DNA of 61,967 bases, counting the filler, from Dimargaris cristalligena (Eukaryota), in assembly GCA_003614675.1 (NCBI GenBank). It is 15 parts of 15 records of this genome, joined end to end, with 100 filler letters (N's around TTAATTAATTAA, not from the genome) between each part and the next. Parts side by side here need not be neighbours in the genome. Positions count along the whole stretch, not along the records: positions 1 to 4,075 come from ML003833.1; positions 4,176 to 8,250 come from ML003834.1; positions 8,351 to 12,421 come from ML003835.1; 12 more parts are not named here. One strand, 5' to 3'. The notes under the pieces are model-generated. The model did not search any database and was not told the origin of the DNA. It saw only the letters and a program-made list of their open reading frames with translations. Shown here one piece after another: positions 1-11,319 of the stretch. The translations under genes and the position numbers were made by a program. Every line of letters starts with the position of its first letter. The stretch's first letter is position 1.

Positions 1-165
1 GAAATCAAAGGGAAAATTTGTATGGAAAGAATGGGTTAAAGGGGAGGGAAAAAAAACTGGTTATACCAGAAAAAAAAGCAACTTCATACCCTGCATAATA
101 ATAATAATAGTAATATAATTAGTGTGGCTTATAGGGGGATAGTACACCTTGCCACACCGTCTAGT
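1..165. repeat. Unclassified interspersed repeat (family I); second copy at about 33745-33885
   Basis: aaatcaaagggaaaatttgtatggaa...cttcatacc...caccttgccacacc aligns colinearly with aaatcaaaggaaaaatttgtatggaa...cttcatacc...caccttgccatacc in contig 9. Confidence 0.75.
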
Positions 166-179
166 CCAAGAACATCTTT

Positions 180-644
180 ATGGTCTACTTTTATAATCCC
201 GTGTTGGGTGCATTTGGGCAGTGAATTTTGGCTATCTACAACACAATGGATAACCTACATAAAGTGCTGGCTATCTGCTTACAGATGGGAAAAGAACACG
301 ATGTGAGCGGACTTGCACTTGGTATTCTTGAAAACGCCAGCAAAACTCTTGCTAACGGACACATTGTTTGTAGCGAATCAAATATTTATAATGGTCAATG
401 TGATATTATCATAGAGATCCAACACGGCGGGAAGCCGATAATAATCATTGAGTGTAAAAGTAACAAAGCTTGTGGGGGGATTGAAAGAATACAATTAAGT
501 GGGTATATGCTCAATGGTAATTTTCCCCATGGCCTGTTGATGTATCCCGACTATACTCTCCACTTTTTTCTGGGCAATGAGGGGGTACCCATACCAATCA
601 ATACATATACCCATGTTAACAACTTGGATGCACTTGTATTGTAA
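180..644 (+). pseudogene. Disrupted PD-(D/E)xK restriction-endonuclease-like gene, paralog of 3421-3945
   Basis: Motifs E...CDIIIE...IIIECK...QLSGY...HGLLMYP; about 53 of 134 residues identical to the 3421-3945 protein by hand. ATG at 180 aligns without gaps to the paralog start, but there is an in-frame TGA at 222-224. The 3' end is cut by an LTR starting at 640. Confidence 0.75.
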
Positions 645-1021
645 CCAGATTAGGCCGAGAAGGACCGGAAATTAGTAGTGCGCCGAGTAGGGCAAGAACT
701 GAAGATAGATAATAAATGTATAAGTATTTATTTAGAAGACAAGGTGTAAATAGTCGGCCACTCTAGACAGTCTGTCTTATCCCTCCGAGATGAGGTGTTG
801 TTCTAGTGCTGTCGGGGTAGACGCACCCTCTTCCAACGGGTAGTCCATGTCCTCGTCTAGTGGTTCTCCCTCACTCGGGTGAGGGGTACTGTGGGGAGGA
901 TCGGCCTCCTGCCGGTGGGTGATGGTGGCCTCCCTCGGTTGCAGTATCTGCCATGTGGTATATGTAGGGTATTTGAAGTGCCATCTGGCATACCATGATT
1001 GATTATCAGCAATGGGTTACA
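640..1021. mobile_element. LTR-like element (family B, 382 bp) inserted in the 3' end of the nuclease-like gene
   Basis: Termini TGTAACC...GGTTACA form a 7-bp inverted repeat with TG...CA ends; internal AATAAA; homology to the paralog stops exactly at 640. No TSD found. Confidence 0.65.
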
Positions 1022-1036
1022 AATCCCGTCTATGAC

Positions 1037-1606
1037 TGTCACCCCTCCTAATCTGACCTAATCTGTCCGCTAATGATCACCGTCATAGCAGGCCTTATAG
1101 TGCCATATTGAACACCCTGGTCCTAACCGGGTGCCACATATTATATATATCACCTCACCAGCCGGACCCCTCGGAGTTCGCACTACTCACTCCTTAAGGT
1201 GATCCCAGTGTCTTCTGGTTCCCATGGAAGCCTCCGTCCATACGAGGACCATCTGGCCCTTCCGAACGTTACCTTCGTTATATAGTCTCCCCCTTTTGGG
1301 ACTTCCCCTTGAAGTAGTCCCCGGCGTATATATAACTGGGCCCCATTGGGACTGGTTAGTTCCCTTAGCTTATTCCTATCTTCAGTTTACCCTCAATAAA
1401 CTCTATATACGCTCACCGCCCTCGTACTGACTAGTAAGTGTGCATCGGTGCACGTCCCCCACATATACATTGACACTTGCTTTATTTAGTTAGTCCAAGC
1501 CATCCTAATGCTAGTAGCCCACTTGGCCATGCCCAACGCCCCGCCTACCGTTAGAAGCCTATCCCCAAGACTCTTGATGGATTAAGAGTGGTTAACCTGG
1601 GCGACA
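1037..1606 (+). mobile_element. Solo LTR, family A (Ty3/Gypsy-associated, 570 bp)
   Basis: Ends TGTCACCC...GGGCGACA; flanks ATGAC/GTGAC (5-bp TSD with one transition); TATA-like motif and AATAAA; many homologous copies in this window. Confidence 0.9.
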
Positions 1607-2954
1607 GTGACTCATCAGTCAGTTTTATGTGTAGCTTGCTTATCTGTTATTGCTACAATTAATAATAAGCAACTTTATAATCATTGCTTTACTGGAAACG
1701 AATCCATCAATCATAGCTTTTTATTTTAATCTTTTGGTATCTATACTGCGTAACAAATAGCGAATATATAGTGCTCGAATTTTCACATCAAAAAAATGCA
1801 AGAATCCTGAAAATGAACAGCCAACAGTCCTCTACTAATAAAAGGGAATTATATTGTCTTATACCATTATCCTTACAAAATAAAGATTTTCTATATTTCG
1901 CTAATATTTTCAAGCACTCTGGTGGGCATAGTCCCTTGTACCCCACAAATTGAACCAGCACCCATTTTGCGTAATGAACCACCTGAAACCAACCGATCAG
2001 TGTCCTTGAACATCCCTGAACCTGTTAGCCGGGGGCCCTCCATGGCGTAGAGGAATCCCAAAATGAAGGTCAAGACGGTTTCACAGCTTCCTAAACCTAG
2101 TGTCGACAATGTAGTACCCCCACACTACAATTACTCCATTGAATACCACTTTTCCACCGCCTATAGCTATTGAGGGATTTTATCACTGATGCTCAAATTT
2201 GCCAGTTATGTTTACTTAACCAATTCACTGATAAACATTTACTTTCGATGCCATTCGTTGTGACCACTCCACTTACACATAACCCCAGTTTCATATTGCC
2301 CATGGCAGATTCGACCGTTTGCCTGGAGTTCCAATAAGATAATCGTAGTGCAATGAATTGGAACGTGAGAGTTGGGAAGGGCCCTGAGTTCAAGCTAGTG
2401 GGGGCTGCGTATTGGAATACCCGAATTTTACAGGCATTAGGAGTATTTATGACGGTTACGGTACATGCCAATTGAATGATGTACGCACCTCTTTATCCCC
2501 TCTACTACAAGGAAAATAGTACAAGCTGGGCAGTCCCGTTGGTTAAAGAGAATTAACAAAGTTGAAAGCAGTCATCCCTTTTCACCCAGGCCTTCCTTCC
2601 CAACAGAATCACACCCAATCTCTGAGAAAGATAGCTACCGATAGTCACATGTTAATGCCTATTAGAATTTAGATTTAGATGGTCAAACAGTGCATTTATA
2701 ATACATCAACTAAATTACACTAAAAGGATGAAGTAATCACCCCTTTGTCCATCCAAGCAGCTCACGCATCACAATAGTTTTCTATTTGCTCTAAACCGTG
2801 TGACCAGTTTCTATTTAATTTAGAATTCGTTACTACCAATAGACGACAGCACCCACGGCCTACGCTAATACCAGAAGGCCCGCGCTTGTGGTCACCATCA
2901 CTGAGTCGGATTTTAGACTGCAGAATTTGCAATAATTATATAAGGCCACTAGAA

Positions 2955-3096
2955 TATGGGTAAAATTCAAACCAGCTGTATAAGGTTTTACAATATACGT
3001 GTATGGGCGAATATATGTGAGAATATCTTTTAACCAGTAATATTGGCCGCATCCAATGGATTTTTCATTATACAGCCTAAATGAACTTCTCCCATA
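2955..3096. mobile_element. MITE, about 142 bp (family F); other copies at 12661-12802, about 15446-15586 and 50366-50506
   Basis: Imperfect terminal inverted repeats TATGGG..TTCA..CTGTATAA / TTATACAG..TGAA..CCCATA; four dispersed copies of equal length in AT-rich sites; non-coding. Confidence 0.8.
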
Positions 3097-3420
3097 TCAG
3101 TAATGAATAATCCCCCAATGACCTTGGCTTGGTTTTAACTCAAAGGTGTCACTTGTCCTTTATTCTATGGGTGTGCTACTAGTTATTGCAATATGATTAG
3201 TGGTAGAGCGAGCTTTATTAAATAATAGTATAGTAAAATAACATGAAACCAAATGCTGCAAGGTGATAAAAAGTCCCAATCAAGGTGTATAATATTGTAG
3301 CGCGTCCCGAGAAATGGAGGGGCGGTCGTGGCTAATCGATGGTAAGTAAGCAAGAGCCTCGGAAGCTATTTGTAAACAATCAGCGAATACGATGATTCCC
3401 AGTACGACTCAGTTAGAGGG

Positions 3421-3945
3421 TTAGGAATTGGGAATAGTATGAAGATTATAAACGAATTCAATCCTCTGAATAAATGATACAAGTTCGTCCAGGTCATCTT
3501 CATGGGTATAAGTACAGGACTCTTGTAGAACTCCGTCATAATTCCAGCCGAAATAGATCGTGCACTCAGGGTACATTACGAATCCGTGGAGATAATTCCC
3601 GTCCCACATGTACGCAACCATTTGCGATCTAGCTATCAGCTTATTTCGCTCATTTTCTCCACGCCCCTTGCATTCGATAATAAGTCTCGGACGACGGCCA
3701 TATAGAACCTCTACAGAAATATCAACTCGACGACGTAAAATATAGTGTTCACGGCGAATAGTGTACCCGTTACTATGAGTTTTACCAGAAGCATCGAGGA
3801 TAGCCAAAGCAAGTTCACTCACGTCTTGTTTTTCCCCCGACTCCAAGGCGCGCGCCGCTAATCTGCGCAGCCCCTCCATAATGTTGCGCGAGGCCACTAA
3901 TTGGTGACCAGAAGTGCCCGACCCAGGATCGTTATAATCGTCCAT
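3421..3945 (-). CDS. Stand-alone PD-(D/E)xK restriction-endonuclease-like protein, 174 aa
   Basis: Intact intronless ORF. RRE...RVDISVE...LIIECK...SQMVAY...HGFVMYP matches the E / D / ExK / QxxxY layout of PD-(D/E)xK nucleases. A paralog lies on the same contig. Confidence 0.75.
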   Translation of the reverse strand: MDDYNDPGSGTSGHQLVASRNIMEGLRRLAARALESGEKQDVSELALAILDASGKTHSNGYTIRREHYILRRRVDISVEVLYGRRPRLIIECKGRGENERNKLIARSQMVAYMWDGNYLHGFVMYPECTIYFGWNYDGVLQESCTYTHEDDLDELVSFIQRIEFVYNLHTIPNS

Positions 3946-4175
3946 CGAAACAAAAACTTAGAACTCGAACATGTCGATGTTGAAACCGAAAGGGGGCGGA
4001 CAAATGTCGCAACGTACGATGGTAATGTAAAATAATATATAGAAGATAAGCGTTAGAAACGAAACAAAAAGAAGCNNNNNNNNNNNNNNNNNNNNNNNNN
4101 NNNNNNNNNNNNNNNNNNNTTAATTAATTAANNNNNNNNNNNNNNNNNNNNNNNNNNNNNNNNNNNNNNNNNNNN

Positions 4176-4312
4176 GGCTTCCTCTTTCAAGTATAAATAC
4201 TCCCACTTGCTGCCACCTCTTGGAACAGTAAGTCTATCATCACCTTTCCCTTTTATCACCTATCTTTTTAAATAAAGTTCAGTTTTCAAGGATTTGATTT
4301 CAGTTCTTTACA
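4176..4312 (+). mobile_element. 3' end of LTR family C; other copies at 24989-25050 (+) and 41276-41454 (-)
   Basis: TATAAATA, AATAAA and terminal ...TTTACA; near-identical sequence in three contigs. Confidence 0.75.
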
Positions 4313-4690
4313 GTAAGTCCTTTGCACACTCCCTTGTATTGCTATTGGGCCTATTCCATGATGGTATCCTGGCCCACATCCTTAACCCCCAGTTTCTTTT
4401 ACCAGTGTGGTTCCAGTTTGGGAGTTCACAGCCAATGCTCCAATGATTTTGGGACATGGTCCACAAACCTATTAAAGGATAATCCCGAGAGGATGTACTA
4501 CTTGGGACCCTCAAAGCAGAGTTCAGCAATGGGTGGTGGAAGCTGGGGCTGCTGCTCATTGGCTCACTGGATGATGTTAATAGGCTGAGGGCTGGTAACT
4601 GCTTCCAGCTGTTGGCATAGTGCAGAGATGATTTCTTGGGTATCCTCCTGGGGTCAAGTTTTGAATTGGTGGGATGTTGATTCATCATCA
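4313..4690 (-). pseudogene. Decayed ORF, probably transposon-derived; family not recognised
   Basis: One frame reads DDESTSHQFKT*PQEDTQEIISALCQQLEAV...KKLGVKDVGQDTIME*. All stops are TGA, TAG or TAA explicable by C->T change, and the region is almost CpG-free. Confidence 0.35.
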
Positions 4691-4941
4691 GCAGATATAA
4701 CATATTTAAGATACCCATCAGTTATGTATAAGTAGTAGTATAATATCCCAGTGTATATATTTATATAAGAAAATACACTAGTTTCAATTATATAGTTTAT
4801 TATTATTAAGTTAATATGTGTAAAAATAATAAAAATATAAAGAAAAGGCAGGCTCTCTTTTTAAAACACAGTAGTTGCAGCTTCAAAAGGGTCTAAGGCT
4901 ACTAGTGAGGTAGGCCCAATCTATATATTTGGTTATATGTA

Positions 4942-6040
4942 CTGCTGTAGGCAGTTGGGCAGAAGCCAAGTAAGCCCCAGTACCCATCACTAATCCAAGA
5001 AATGGTCATACTTTGGATGGATTCAAGGTCCCTGGATGATTGACAAGTTATTTCCATGGGAATAGTCCGGGGCCAAAAGTATTACTTTATTTATTTATGC
5101 TAGCTGATTCTCTCTTCCTTCAGCTTTCCAAATCATATTTTCATTTGCTTTTCTGTTTATTATTGATGAAGTCATAGGCTGTAGAAATTAATAGTAATTT
5201 TAGCTATGATGATGGACTACTTCACATCACTACTTTTATACTATTGATGATCCTTTATGAGTGGGGCTTAGGAATAACTAGCCTCCAGTGTATTCCTTCT
5301 TGGAATTACGCCATACAACTACTTAGTATGAATTATTTTTTAGTTTTATCAATATCCAATATGAAGGAGAACTAGGAAGACTGTATCCTCCAACCTTCCA
5401 ATCCCTACATTTTTCTTCTATTTAATATATTCATGACCATAGTTTAGCCAGTAGGTCAGTTTTTTCCCTATTGCAGGTTTTTATGACCTACATTTATCAC
5501 CGTTTTATTCTTAGCTATAGTTATTTAGTCTGGCCAATTTCTTATATATACCCTAGTAGTGTCCCCTCAGTTGAAGGGACAAGTTAGTTTTGAGATAAAT
5601 GAATAAATATGTTTTAACTTCACCAGACTATACTGATGATTAACCTAAACCCAGTTTTACATGATTATTATTATCACTATTTCCTATCTCACTTTATTCT
5701 ATTATTATTTTTTTAGTTCGAAGTTTTGGTATCCCCGAGTACTGAATTGATTATACTGTTCAATTATAGCGTTTTTTTTCATAACGTTTTTTAGTAATTT
5801 TATCTTCGTATCAACTGACGACGCGAGACGACGACATACGATGCAATGGAATACCCGAAGATCAGCAGTGACTTCCCCAAGGCCACCTCAGTCTCAACCA
5901 CCACAAACCCAGCAAAGCCCAACCCTCCACACTATATGACGAAATATGGTGACCCGTCCAGTGGAAAGAAACCGGAGGTTTCCCCTCCTACGGACACTCC
6001 CATAGACAAACCAGCGGAGCCCCTGGAATGGTTGGCAACA
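4942..6040 (+). repeat. Long unclassified repeat (family H); inverted copies at about 41556-41695 and about 44762-45570
   Basis: Colinear homology including tgtcccctcagttgaagggaca and the shared peptide MxKYGDPSSGKKPEVxPPxDTPxDKPAEPLxWLAT; both copies end at ...TGGTTGGCAACA. Confidence 0.85.
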
Positions 6041-6129
6041 TATATGAGTACCCATAAAAAAAAACTAAATAAAGCAGTGCGCGGCCTCAAAAGCCGTCAT
6101 TCCCATGATGAAAGGCATAACTCAGGTTA

Positions 6130-6282
6130 AACGAGCCGGGCGATGTTTAATGGTAGTAATAACGATTAGGAGGAAGTCCTGGGTATAGAATGATATAGCA
6201 AAGGCTAGAATATAGTCCCGAGTATAGGACGAGCCAATTACAAAGATGGAATCAGTGGGACGGGGGAAATGCATTTCCAACA
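6130..6282 (-). mobile_element. Diverged partial copy of Copia-like LTR family G
   Basis: tatagtcccgagtataggacgagccaat...gaaatgcatttccaaca matches the right halves of 12859-13119 and 48099-48358. Left boundary approximate. Confidence 0.7.
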
Positions 6283-6630
6283 CCTTCTGGCCCGCAGAAC
6301 AAGGTCAGTGGTAATAAGGTTAATTTTCAAGGTGCCGGTTTAAATAACTATGCTGCCCGCCGTATATCCTCTCCTCAGATGCAGTCTGGTCAGCAGAACA
6401 AGGCTACTGGTATTAAACCCACTGTTCAAGGTACTGCCTCTAACAACAGTCCTGGTCGTCCTAACACCGCTCTTCAGGCTGCTCGCGCCAATACCACTCC
6501 TCAGGTGCTACCCAGTCAACATAACAAGCCCGTCGGCAATAATAAGCCCGTTGTTTAAGGTGGTGATTTAAAGAAATTTCAAGGGCAACTCGGTAACACT
6601 AACAAATCCTATGTATACTACCAGCGTTGA
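6283..6630 (+). pseudogene. 3' part of a gene for an internally repeated Q/N/K/G-rich protein, cut off by the family G LTR
   Basis: 116-codon frame with three repeats (QNKVSGNKVNFQG / QNKATGIKPTVQG / HNKPVGNNKPVV*G). The single TAA sits where the other repeats have CAA (Gln). Confidence 0.5.
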
Positions 6631-9388
6631 TGGTCTCCGTTTCCTGCTTCATCCGCATCAATACTTACAGTCCTTTTTCAACAGTGAACATACCTTGGCC
6701 GGCAGCATTTCCGAGGGCATGTACTCAACTACCCCATGTATTTTGCTGGCATATGTCTAATTTACACCCGACCCTATAGTTTTAAAGAATTATTGATACC
6801 CTGATCAATAAATTTGAACTTTAATGAATTCACCTTGTGGTCTAAACTGGAGAATATTACGAAACCCGCTGTAAATTATTTGCCTCTTGATTGCTTGAAA
6901 CTCCTGCTGACTATGGGCTATTCTACAATTAAACAATTCTCATCCAATCCAATGGTGTTTATTCTGGCACAGCATACCTCTATCGTTTGGCCGCTGATAT
7001 AGGTGAGATTCTAGCAGGCTGTATAGCGAATAATCCGTTTGAAGGGGCAGACATTACTGGCTGATATCTAATTTTCCGCGTATTTTCGCTTAACTATATT
7101 GTTGAAATCCTTTTAGAGGGGGCCGAGTTTTACCCATAGTCTAAATGACGGACTGGTGCTTAATCATATATCCCGTTAGCACTCGGAGGCCCACGAGGTA
7201 GGCGAAGCAATGCCAAAAAATAGAGGGGATATTACTATTATAATTGACATAGCCGCCGAAATATAACTGCGGCCCAGCAACAGGAGTGTTAATCGGAAGG
7301 GTCATGACAACAATGGTATAGTGTGAAGACTAGTCCAGAATGCTAATGTATTATTCAACCCATGAAAGCGTGATCTAGCTACTGGACCATGCGCCATCCA
7401 GTTTTGCCATACCCTTCCCAACTACTACGGGTAACAAAATCCAAAAAAATAAATTAATAATGCTAACTTAATTTATAAAATCCATCACAATTGCACTAGG
7501 GCAATTATCAGCAATTTCCGGGCCATCTGCAGCTACATAATACATCATTAAAGGTTGGAAGGCTTCACCTTTCCGATTAGGAGCACGGCTTTGGGCATTG
7601 TCCAAAATATAGTTAAACTGCGACCATTTGATCAGCAGCCCAGCTAGTCGAGCGAAGTACAACTAGATCCATCACCGTTACATTGTATTGACTGGCCAGG
7701 ATCCACCACCCCAAAATAAGGCATGCAGCCATTTCCACCACATGGTCGAATGGTCTTTATCGGGATAATTATCTAAGTGTAAAAACGTACCCGGTATTGT
7801 AGGGTGCTTTAATGAATTGTTCTTCGCAAATAGGAATTGTTGTAGAAAAGATCGCCCGCCAAAAAACCCCGGCTATGGGCGTATCCCACGATCGGGCTCC
7901 GTAAGTAGGGGATTTGGGCTGAAGTATTAATACGTTGTGCCTAATTATACACCCGTGCCTAGTTTTATTGCCAAATGACTTATGGCTGGCTTCCATGTTG
8001 TAATATGAACTGTCAACAAAGGGAATGGGTGGACATGAATACAACCCCTCGTCCCATTGCTAATACCCATTAGCAACTAGGTCATTGTGTCCCCATATAA
8101 GTCTATGGAATAGAACTAGAATCATACTTTATTTTGATGGGAGTAGTGGGGCCGCCCTATCCAGCACTTGATTAATAAAACCTTAGCTCAAGTTCTGTAT
8201 AAAAAGCAGACCAAAGTCCTGCCCAAATATACACTCATCATTTTTAATCANNNNNNNNNNNNNNNNNNNNNNNNNNNNNNNNNNNNNNNNNNNNTTAATT
8301 AATTAANNNNNNNNNNNNNNNNNNNNNNNNNNNNNNNNNNNNNNNNNNNNCATCCTCTGAATTTTGTGGTATTTTCCCTTATTAGAAACGGCCGACGCTT
8401 CTACTCCATTGTGGTTATGGTAAATATCGTTGAACCATTCTCGCCGACTAATAAAACTATTCAAGTTATTACTAGGCTTTAGTTGGGCGGTATTGGCCTA
8501 TGGATATATTCCCCGCTCCGCCTCCAAAACCCCTTCTTTACCAATCCTTTAACCGGCTTGCCTTTTTTCCGATCTAACCTGACGTGTTCCCCCCCTTACC
8601 TTATATAGGCATTATATCTGTACCATACTCGACCGGGCGACCTGTCCTTAGATGGTGAGTTTCATTTACTGGAATATGTCAATCACTCTAGGCTGTCTCT
8701 GCTTCGCTTCATTGCGCCTGCATTTTTCTTATACACTCACCACCCGCATTATTCTAACCCAAGCACTTCCCCCGCCACCTACACTATCTGCCTCCGACAT
8801 TGCCCTCATGATCAAAAGAATATTTGGAGTACCTGGCCATGTTTCAATTGGCCCAATCCGACAATTTAGGGGCCGGGTGGGCTAGAGGATCATATCGTCA
8901 CAGATCCAGTGAATCTGCCTTGGTACCAAGAGAGTCGGAACTTCAGCAGCTAACTGACCATGTAGAGGGCATTCAACAGCGTGTTAACCTTATGGAACAA
9001 GGTGGGCTGGCTTTTTCAAGGGATTGCCCTCACCTCTTTAACGAGTCCCTGTCCTATAACCCGCGATTCCAAAAATTACCTTATTAAGATAAAGTAATCC
9101 ATTAAACTAGTGATATACCATGTAAAACTGACCTGGAATTTGACCTGTTGTTACCCTTGGGTATCCCGGTCCATCTTTAGATCTAGATATGATGGTGGTC
9201 GTGTCTGCCCAGTCGGCCCGCCCCAAAAATAAACGGACCAAAACGCACCATAACCCGCTGGCGTGGCATGATTTAGCCAACACTCTATCCGGCTCCAACG
9301 ACGACATCGTAGATCAAGCTGGTAATCGAATAGCACACTCTGGCCAATACACGGTTAATCTACACCATAATTATTGCACCCCCACCCA

Positions 9389-9413
9389 ATATATATATAT
9401 ATATATATATATA
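9389..9413. repeat. (AT)n microsatellite
   Basis: Perfect AT dinucleotide run. Confidence 0.9.
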
Positions 9414-11319
9414 TCAATAATAGCTTATTAATTGGCCTCGCCAGCCGCTTTTAGGTGCATGTCGTCTTTCCCCTAGCATCAACTAGTCGTCTGGTACGAA
9501 TGGCCCATTTATTCGCGAAGATAGATATGCTCACCCATATGCCGAAATGTGCACCGCCAGGTAATTCACGCCGGCTTTAGCCCTCCCCATTACACTCATC
9601 ACTCTTTATTGATGGATATTCATAATTAATACACGTATGGTTTGTAAATAAATGGCGATTCAAGATACTAAAGCTTGGGTTGCTGGGCGATATACTTTGT
9701 AATGACACTTTTGGATTTACCCATCGGCCCCCTGTATGTATTGTTAAGTACAGTCGTTTGGCGCGGCCTAATATCTGTATTCAATGAACTGGCCCATGGG
9801 TACGTGGTTAGCGTACACAATCGAATAGCCGCTATACAACCGACGACATATATAAGTTCCCTCGAGCGGCACTCTACGGCGTACACGTCAGCGCTCTCTC
9901 CGAACGAGTTCCGGGCAGGCCTAATGACCTGGCTGAGTAAGTAAATATGACCCCTGGCGGGCCTCTTTCCTCAGCATTTAGCTGCTTTGGCTTTATACTA
10001 CATTTGACACCTCCCCTAGTCGGGACTAAGCAGGCGGTACCAAAATGTACCCGTTATTCTAGGCATTGGTCGACCTGATCACCATTATTCCCACTGAATA
10101 ATTTAAATTTTCTTTGCCCGTCTATCCACCTACCACTCACAATTTCGCTATAATACGATACGGATCTAGATACCTTTCGGGAGTACTATTCCGTTGAACC
10201 ATGTGTCAATATGAGGCGACTTGCCTTGCAAGCTGTGGTGGCTGGTTTTGAGCGAATGTTCCAGATCACTGGCCATGGAATCGGTCTAGAAATCAGCCAT
10301 CTATGTGAGGTTCGTATATATATATCGCATCGAATCGAAATGGAATGGAGTACCAATTTAGTTAATTGTGGCGACTTGAGGTGGTTATTGTTTCCCATTG
10401 CTAAATTTATCCAATGCTTTTATAAATCAAAAATGAACGGGGTGTGACTACCACCATGTGACCGGACCGGTTTAGACCAGCCAAAGGGAATATAACCCCG
10501 ACAATACCGGATGTGGCGGGCACGCCATACCTGATGGCATGTCACTTCGAGCGAACATTGACTTGCTCACTGAATTAGTGTGGCATCAAGCACCCACCCT
10601 GGCGTATAGTTTGATCCCGTGTGTTTGTCATGCTTTAGAGCAACTGGCCTTGGATAACACTAATATATCTTTACCTGAAATGGCTGGCTCACCCTGTGGG
10701 ATCAATCAAAAGGGAGGGCCCGCAACCAGATCGCCCAGCAGCAATTATTCATTGAAAATGGATGCTCTGGACGATATCCGGGCTATAGTCCGGGCCTCCC
10801 GGGCCCACAGTTATCTTCAATTTCTGTATCAAATACCCCAGCACCTCACCGCTAGAGATGGTTTGAAAGGGGACCACACGTCACTGATCCACCTGGAAAG
10901 TAAGTCCAGGAGATCTATTAGATACCGATTAGTCCAGTAAATGCCGCTAACTTGGCCGGTCTTCTAGTATACATACTTCGGCTAAGCAACCGTACACCCC
11001 ATTCCTGTGCACCAAAAGTGCCCAAGATATACATTATTTTCTATCCATTAGTTAATACTGTCTCGTCTGGTTCCGTTATGCAATTTCAATCAACTCCAAG
11101 GGACAGCTCGCATCTGGCGCACCAACAATGCTGCACCTGGTGGCCTAGTACTGCCCTCTTTGACCAGTCTTATCCGACTAGTTACGATTACCCTAGGCCA
11201 TACTTCTGAATATTATTGATAAATGTGCACCTTTGCAATACAACCACACTATTTATTTATAAAATGAACAAAGGCCTGGGGAGCCATACAATAACGCATT
11301 TCTATTCAGGGCCGGGTGG

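Noticed and set aside
8652..11209. Several 60-130-aa ORFs in contig 3 (and similar ones at 7468-8044, 31384-32675 and 41700-44364)
   Set aside because: No recognisable motif or consistent frame. They may be decayed lineage-specific genes or TEs, but I cannot support a call.
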